From Alphaproteobacteria bacterium (GTDB lineage Bacteria; Pseudomonadota; Alphaproteobacteria; UBA828; JAPUJA01), in assembly GCA_965249645.1 (NCBI GenBank), contig CBDFML010000010.1, positions 488,232 through 552,231 on the forward strand: a DNA stretch of 64,000 nucleotides. The letters run 5' to 3'. This document shows positions 58,603-64,000 of this stretch, piece after piece. The notes under the pieces are model-generated. The model was not told the DNA's origin, ran no database searches, and saw nothing but the letters and a program-made list of their open reading frames with translations. The first letter of the stretch is position 1, and each line of letters opens with the position of its first letter. The translations under genes and the position numbers were made by a program.

Positions 58603-59451
58603 CTATTCGTCGAGGCTTTCGGCACTTTCTTCGCGCATCATGTGGAGAACATGGTGATGCAGCTCGTTGTAGCCCGGGCTGTCATACATCTCCTCCTTGC
58701 TGCGTAGGCGCCGGCCCTTCTTGAAATCAGGGATGATGTTCTCGCGGACCCGTCCCGGGTGGCGGGACATGAAGATAATACGATCGGCAAGGAAGATAGC
58801 TTCCTCGATATCATGGGTGACCATGATGACGGTTTTCTTCGAACTTTCGAGAATCTCGAGCATCAGCTCCTGCATATGCCAGCGGGTTTCCGCATCGAGC
58901 GCACCGAAGGGTTCGTCCATGAGCAGGATTTCCGGATCGTTTGCAAGGGTCCGGGCGATGGCCACGCGTTGTTTCATGCCGCCGGACAGCTGTTTCGGAT
59001 AGGCATCCCTGAACTTCGTCAGGTGCACGAGATCGATATAATGTGCAGCCCGTTCGGCGCGGGTCGACTTCGGAACTCCGTTCAACCGCATTCCATACTC
59101 GATGTTCTGTTGGACGGTCAGCCAGGGAAACGAGGTGTAGCCCTGAAACACCATTCCTCGGTCGCGTCCTGCTGCGAGAATTTCCTCTCCTTCGAGAAAC
59201 ACGGCGCCACCCGTTGGGTCTTCAAGGCCCGCAATGATTCGCAGCAATGTGGATTTACCGCACCCCGATGGTCCGAGCAGGGCGCAAAGCTCATTCGACA
59301 TCACATCGAACGTGATGTCTTCGATTGCACGGATCGTAGCGCCCTTTTTTAAGTCGAAATCCTTCGTCAATGCCTGTGACGACAGAATTATCTCGTCGCG
59401 CGTCTGCGTATTACTCGGAGCCGTCTCGTTCATGGCGTCGCCCTCGCTCAC
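58603..59451 (-). CDS. ABC ATP-binding protein, NitT/TauT (nitrate/sulfonate/taurine) family
   Basis: GPSGCGKST, LSGGMKQRVAIAR, LLMDEPFGALD. Start either GTG 59451 or ATG 59433. Confidence 0.88.
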   Translation of the reverse strand: MSEGDAMNETAPSNTQTRDEIILSSQALTKDFDLKKGATIRAIEDITFDVMSNELCALLGPSGCGKSTLLRIIAGLEDPTGGAVFLEGEEILAAGRDRGMVFQGYTSFPWLTVQQNIEYGMRLNGVPKSTRAERAAHYIDLVHLTKFRDAYPKQLSGGMKQRVAIARTLANDPEILLMDEPFGALDAETRWHMQELMLEILESSKKTVIMVTHDIEEAIFLADRIIFMSRHPGRVRENIIPDFKKGRRLRSKEEMYDSPGYNELHHHVLHMMREESAESLDE

Positions 59452-59460
59452 TTCGTCGCT

Positions 59461-60888
59461 CTAAAAGAACCGCATATATTCTTCCTGTTCCCATTCAGAG
59501 ACGGTGGTGTAGTAGCGATCCCACTCGTCCTGCTTGTAGGTCAGCCAACAATCCAGCAGCGTCTCGCCCATCACCTGTTTTGACATGGGATCGGCCCGGA
59601 TCGCATGAATCGCGTCCTGAAGCGTTGCCGGAGTACGCTCAACACCCGCCTTCCTGAGTTCCTCCTTGTCCGCCTCATAAAGACTTATATTGGTCGGCTT
59701 AGGAGCTTTCATCTTCTTGGTGATGCCCTCCAATGACGCGGCGATGTGCATGGCGAACGCCATATAGACGTTCATCGTCAGGTCAGCTGCCCGGTTCTCG
59801 ATGGCGAACCTCGTCTGGGGCAATCGGTACATGGCCGAACGGTTGTTGGTGCCGTAGGTGATATGGGTCGGCGCCCAGGTCACCGTGCCGCCCTCGAATC
59901 CGGGCACGTAATCGACCAGGCCCTTGTACGAATTCACGGTCGGACAGCTGACCCCGCAGATCGCCTTGCCGTGCTTGATCAATCCCCCCAGCATGTTGAA
60001 GGTCACGTCGCTCCAGCCGCCGTCTTTGGCCTGCAGGAGGTTCTTTCCGGCGCCCTTCGTGCTCTGCACGCTGGTGTTGATGTGCGAAGCACTCCGCCAG
60101 TCGCCTGTCGTGGGCTTCGGCATGAAGGTCGCGATCAGGCCGTGTTCCTTGGCAAGCTCCTTGAGCAGGATGCGCAGGAAGATGAACCGATCCGCCGTCG
60201 TCAGCATGTCAGAATAATCGAAATCGAGCTCGATCTGGGAATAGGCGCCCTCGGCGACGACGTCTTTCACGCCCCAGCCGAGGCTGTTCAGGATATCGAT
60301 CACTTCGCTCACATACGGCATCTGGTCGAGGGTGAACTCGACGTCGTAGCCGTAGGGCTGCCGCTTGGGTCGAAATCCCTCGCCCGGCAAGGGATCGTCG
60401 TCAAACGCCTTCCACAGTTGGCCGTTTTCGAGCGGCCGCATGATGATGAACTCCGGCTCAAAGCCCGTGAAGAACTTGTAGCCGGCGTCCTTTGCTTTCT
60501 TGATCTGGCGGCGCAGCACTGTGCGCGGGCACATGCGGTAGGGCTTAGTGTCCCCGTGATAAAGATCGGCAATGACCCAGCCGTAGCGGTTGTCCCACGG
60601 ACAGACTTCGGCCGAATCGAGATCCGGCACCGTGATCTGGTCCGGATCGGCCGGACCCGCGTCGGGCACCATGGACACCGAATGCACCGCGAATTGGGGG
60701 CCCTTGCCGGCGCATAGACCTTCCCATTCCTCGATCGGCACAGGCTTCGTTTTCGGAATGCCGAGCATATCGATCCAGCAGCACAGCACGTATTTAACAC
60801 CCGACTTCTCGAACTTCTTGCGGACATCCGCCACGCGCTTGGCGGACGGCAGCGCTTCCTGGATGCTTTCGGGAAAATCTTTGCTCAT
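59461..60888 (-). CDS. Glutamine synthetase-like ligase (475 aa), located between the ABC permease and ATPase genes
   Basis: FEPEFIIM, AEGAYSQIELDF, SASHINTSV, NSYKGL and NRSAMYRLP. RBS GGAGA. Confidence 0.85.
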   Translation of the reverse strand: MSKDFPESIQEALPSAKRVADVRKKFEKSGVKYVLCCWIDMLGIPKTKPVPIEEWEGLCAGKGPQFAVHSVSMVPDAGPADPDQITVPDLDSAEVCPWDNRYGWVIADLYHGDTKPYRMCPRTVLRRQIKKAKDAGYKFFTGFEPEFIIMRPLENGQLWKAFDDDPLPGEGFRPKRQPYGYDVEFTLDQMPYVSEVIDILNSLGWGVKDVVAEGAYSQIELDFDYSDMLTTADRFIFLRILLKELAKEHGLIATFMPKPTTGDWRSASHINTSVQSTKGAGKNLLQAKDGGWSDVTFNMLGGLIKHGKAICGVSCPTVNSYKGLVDYVPGFEGGTVTWAPTHITYGTNNRSAMYRLPQTRFAIENRAADLTMNVYMAFAMHIAASLEGITKKMKAPKPTNISLYEADKEELRKAGVERTPATLQDAIHAIRADPMSKQVMGETLLDCWLTYKQDEWDRYYTTVSEWEQEEYMRFF

Positions 60889-60968
60889 CGTCTTTGGTCT
60901 CCGTTAATGCGGTACGGCCCGGTAGGGGCGGTGCGATTGATAGCAAGGGTCTTCAAATTTGGCCGCTT

Positions 60969-61826
60969 CTAGCTTTCTCTCTCGTCGAGGTATTTGAACA
61001 GTACCCGGTGCAGGTAGCGGAACATAAAGTCGAACATCAGTCCCAGGATGCCGATCATCAGGATGCCGGCCATGATCTTGTCGACATGGATGAAGCGTTT
61101 GGCCTGGATCATCATGGCGCCGATGCCGTCGGTCGCGGCGACGATTTCGGCGATCACGAGATAGGTCCAGCTGATCGCCAGCATCTGGCGCATCGCGGTG
61201 ACAACGTTGGGCATGACGCCTGGTACGACGACGGTCCACAGCACCTGCCAACGGTTGCCGCCAAGCGTGACCGAGGTTTCGATCAGTTCGTTTCGTACCG
61301 CCTTGGTGTGGTCCATGATCAGTGTCAGCATGAACCAGATGGCGCCGAGCACGAGAAGCGCGAGCTTTGATTCATCGCCCGAGCCCAGCCACATCAGCAG
61401 CAGTGGGATCAACGACGGGGCCGGCAGATAACGCCAGGCGGACACTAGCGGATTGAAGAATTTTTCGACTGTCTGAAACGACCCCATGAGGATGCCGAGC
61501 GGCACCGCGATCAGGCAAACGAGGCCGAAGCTGACGACGATCCGATAAATACTGACCAGGACGTCGATGATGAACTCGTCGTAGGCGTACAGCTCGTAGA
61601 GTTTGACGATGACGGTCTGGGGCGTCGGCAGTAGCAATTCCGACGACCAGCCGGCCAGGTTCACAAGCTCCCACAGGGCAAAAAAGATTATCCAGACGGT
61701 GACCCCGAGCACGACGGCCCGGGTCATCGGAATGGGTTTCTTGAATTCGAACAGCCGTTGCCGGCGCTTTGTCTGCGTGCCGGAGGCCGTTCGGGCCGAA
61801 TCATCGCCTGTTTGGGGTACGCTCAT
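60969..61826 (-). CDS. ABC permease, NitT/TauT family
   Basis: ETSVTLGGNRWQVLWTVVVPGVMP EAA loop; about six TM segments. Confidence 0.85.
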   Translation of the reverse strand: MSVPQTGDDSARTASGTQTKRRQRLFEFKKPIPMTRAVVLGVTVWIIFFALWELVNLAGWSSELLLPTPQTVIVKLYELYAYDEFIIDVLVSIYRIVVSFGLVCLIAVPLGILMGSFQTVEKFFNPLVSAWRYLPAPSLIPLLLMWLGSGDESKLALLVLGAIWFMLTLIMDHTKAVRNELIETSVTLGGNRWQVLWTVVVPGVMPNVVTAMRQMLAISWTYLVIAEIVAATDGIGAMMIQAKRFIHVDKIMAGILMIGILGLMFDFMFRYLHRVLFKYLDERES

Positions 61827-62229
61827 CGCAGCCTGTTTTTACCAACTGTTGCGCGGAAATGCCTGGGCGTTTGCCGGCTTATCGGTTCAACGTCCGCCAG
61901 AAAATCAAACCGCCAAGTTGGCGTGCGTGCCACTTTTCACGCGTAGACCGTGCAACGGTGTTGTAACTCCCCAATCGCCTTCCGGGTGCGCGGATCGCGC
62001 GCCGGCAGTGATTTTTTTCTTTGCCGCGACCGAGGGCGGAGCGGCAGCGCTACGTTATAGGACGCTGTCTTGAGCCGCAATCCGAAAAACTAGTTATCGG
62101 AAAGCGCTTTGTGCCTCATGCGCTTGCCCGTTGACGATGGAGAATCTTGCGTTTCGGGGCGGTTGGGCTAGGCTGCCGCCGCACGGTCGTTGGTGAACGA
62201 TCGAGAGCATTTCGGGGAGCGATTGCATC

Positions 62230-62991
62230 GTGACAGATCGGTTTTCACTGGCGAGTCGGCGGGCCCTTGTGACCGGCGCGTCGAGCGGCCTCGGCCATCA
62301 GTTTGCACTCGTTCTGGCGAATGCGGGCGCCGATGTGGCAATCACTGCGCGCCGGGTCGACCGGCTCCAAACCGTGGTATCCCAGATCGCTGAAACCGGC
62401 CACAAGGCCACTGCCATCGAGATGGATGTGCTCGATTTGGCGAGCATCGATCATGCCGTGGCAAAAGCTTGGGACACCCTCGGTGGCATCGACGTGCTCA
62501 TCAACAATGCGGGCACCGCGGCGGCCCGTCCTGCGCTCAAAGTTGAGGAAGATGATTGGGACGCTGTCTTGGACACCAATCTCAAGGGTGCCTTTTTCGT
62601 TGCGCGCGACGTGGCGCGGCGCATGGTCGTGCGGGGGCAGGGCGGCAGCATCGTCAACATCGCCTCGACCATCGCCAACCGAACATCCCGGAGCCTTGCC
62701 AGCTACGCCGCCTCGAAAAGCGGCCTGGTTCAGCTCACCCGGACCATGGCGCTTGAGCTGGCGAGCAAAAACGTTCGGGTCAACGCTCTCTCGCCGGGCT
62801 ACATCCTGACCGAAATCAATCAGGAGTTTTTTGAGTCACCCGACGCCGATAAAGTTGTCCGGCGCGTGCCCCAGAAGCGTGTCGGGCGGATCGACGAACT
62901 CGACGGTCCGTTGCTGCTACTCGCGTCCGAGGCCTCCTCCTACATGACCGGCGCCGTGCTCACGGTGGACGGGGGATATCAGCTGGGCTAG
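62230..62991 (+). CDS. Short-chain dehydrogenase/reductase
   Basis: ALVTGASSGLG, NNAG and YAASKSG. GTG start. Confidence 0.88.
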   Translation: MTDRFSLASRRALVTGASSGLGHQFALVLANAGADVAITARRVDRLQTVVSQIAETGHKATAIEMDVLDLASIDHAVAKAWDTLGGIDVLINNAGTAAARPALKVEEDDWDAVLDTNLKGAFFVARDVARRMVVRGQGGSIVNIASTIANRTSRSLASYAASKSGLVQLTRTMALELASKNVRVNALSPGYILTEINQEFFESPDADKVVRRVPQKRVGRIDELDGPLLLLASEASSYMTGAVLTVDGGYQLG

Positions 62992-63017
62992 CGGCTCGCA
63001 CCAGGGAATCAGAAGCC

Positions 63018-64000
63018 ATGGACTATTCACTGTCGCCCGAGATCGAGGATTACCGCCAGCGCATCAAGACGTTCGTTGATGAGCGCGTGATCCCGCTCGA
63101 AAAAGACCCGGCCAGCTACGACGAGTATGAGTACATCAAGGAAGAGGTACTCGAGCCGCTGCGGGCGGAGGCGAAGGCACAAGGGCTCTGGGCGCTCGGC
63201 ATGCCCAAAGAACGCGGCGGCCAGGACCTGCCCATCATCGCCATGGCGGCCTGCTACGAAGAGATGAACCGCTCGATCTTTGGTCCCGCCTGCTTCAATT
63301 GCCAGGCGCCCGACGACGGCAACATGATTCTGCTCAACAAGGTCGGCACCGAAGAGCAGAAGGCACGTTGGCTACAACCCATCATCGACGGCGAGGTACG
63401 CTCGTCCTTTGCCATGACCGAGCCGGCGCCCGGCGCGGGTTCCGATCCCGCGGGCATGATGCTGACCAAGGCCGAGAAGGTCGGAAACAAGTGGGTCATC
63501 CACGGCCGTAAATGGTTCATCACCGGAGCCGACGGCGCCAAACATTTCATTCTCATCGCACGGACCTCCGACCATCCCCGGCGCGGCCTTTCTGCTTTCC
63601 TGTTCCATGCGGATCAGCCCGGCTGGAAGATCGAACGGCGGATCGAAATCATGGGGCCCGAAGAACATGGCGGGCACTGCGAAATCACTTTCGACGGGCT
63701 CGAGGTTGAGCCCGAGAACATGCTGATGGAAGAGGGCGACGGCCTCAAGGCGACCCAGGTTCGCCTCGGCACGGCGCGCCTGACCCACTGCATGCGTTGG
63801 CTCGGCATGTGCAAGCGCGCGCTCGAGATTTGCATGCCCTACGTCAAGGAACGCGAGGGCTTCGGCATGAAGGTGATCGATCACGAGGTCGTCCAGCAGA
63901 TGCTCGGCAAGTCGGCGATGGACATCCATATCGGCCGCCAGCTCGTGATGAACGCGGCCTGGATGCTCGATCAGGGCGATTTCGCGCGCAAGGAGGTTTC
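63018..64000 (+). CDS. Acyl-CoA dehydrogenase family protein (3' end runs off the window)
   Basis: Not in the ORF track because there is no stop in the window. Manual translation from the ATG at 63018 gives MDYSLSPEIEDYRQRIKTFV..SSFAMTEPAPGAGSDPAGM..KWFITGA.. Confidence 0.85.
   Translation, partial: MDYSLSPEIEDYRQRIKTFVDERVIPLEKDPASYDEYEYIKEEVLEPLRAEAKAQGLWALGMPKERGGQDLPIIAMAACYEEMNRSIFGPACFNCQAPDDGNMILLNKVGTEEQKARWLQPIIDGEVRSSFAMTEPAPGAGSDPAGMMLTKAEKVGNKWVIHGRKWFITGADGAKHFILIARTSDHPRRGLSAFLFHADQPGWKIERRIEIMGPEEHGGHCEITFDGLEVEPENMLMEEGDGLKATQVRLGTARLTHCMRWLGMCKRALEICMPYVKEREGFGMKVIDHEVVQQMLGKSAMDIHIGRQLVMNAAWMLDQGDFARKEV

Overview
GC-rich chromosome segment with alphaproteobacterial hallmarks: ALA-synthase hemA, short-form hisG, UPF0262, a FixL-type heme-PAS domain and IS21. 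(1) 1-9.8 kb: hemA, an O-methyltransferase, and a PuuR-like XRE-cupin regulator followed by a glutamine-synthetase-like (GS-like) ligase and four heterotetrameric sarcosine-oxidase-family genes. (2) 9.8-21.7 kb is a mosaic. It holds an intact IS21-family element with a 6-bp target duplication, an orphan CI/LexA-type repressor module, and a roughly 1240-codon multi-PAS FixL-like histidine kinase split by an in-frame TAG. It also holds a GNAT, a free-standing promoter-terminator cassette, a prophage remnant (terS plus a terL N-terminus fused in frame to a holin C-terminus), and tenA. (3) 21.7-40.5 kb: a genomic island inserted in tRNA-Thr(GGU), bounded by 45-bp exact direct repeats. Its integrase, transporters and an IS5-type fragment are decayed, but a 7-gene enzymatic operon of unknown substrate looks intact; this operon is my best candidate for something undescribed. 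(4) 40.5-50.8 kb core genes: murA, hisG, hisD, UPF0262, LMW-PTP, maf, a CaCA antiporter, tRNA-Phe, an SDR, dpaL and a PPIase. (5) 50.8-64 kb amine-type catabolism: a PotF-type ABC importer with a leaderless binding-protein paralog, an FGase-family hydrolase, and two more GS-like ligases, one wedged inside a NitT/TauT-type ABC operon; then an SDR and a partial acyl-CoA dehydrogenase. No rRNA or CRISPR was seen. Many long ORFs in the track are antisense shadows typical of GC-rich DNA. All family calls come from reading motifs by eye; no database search was run.
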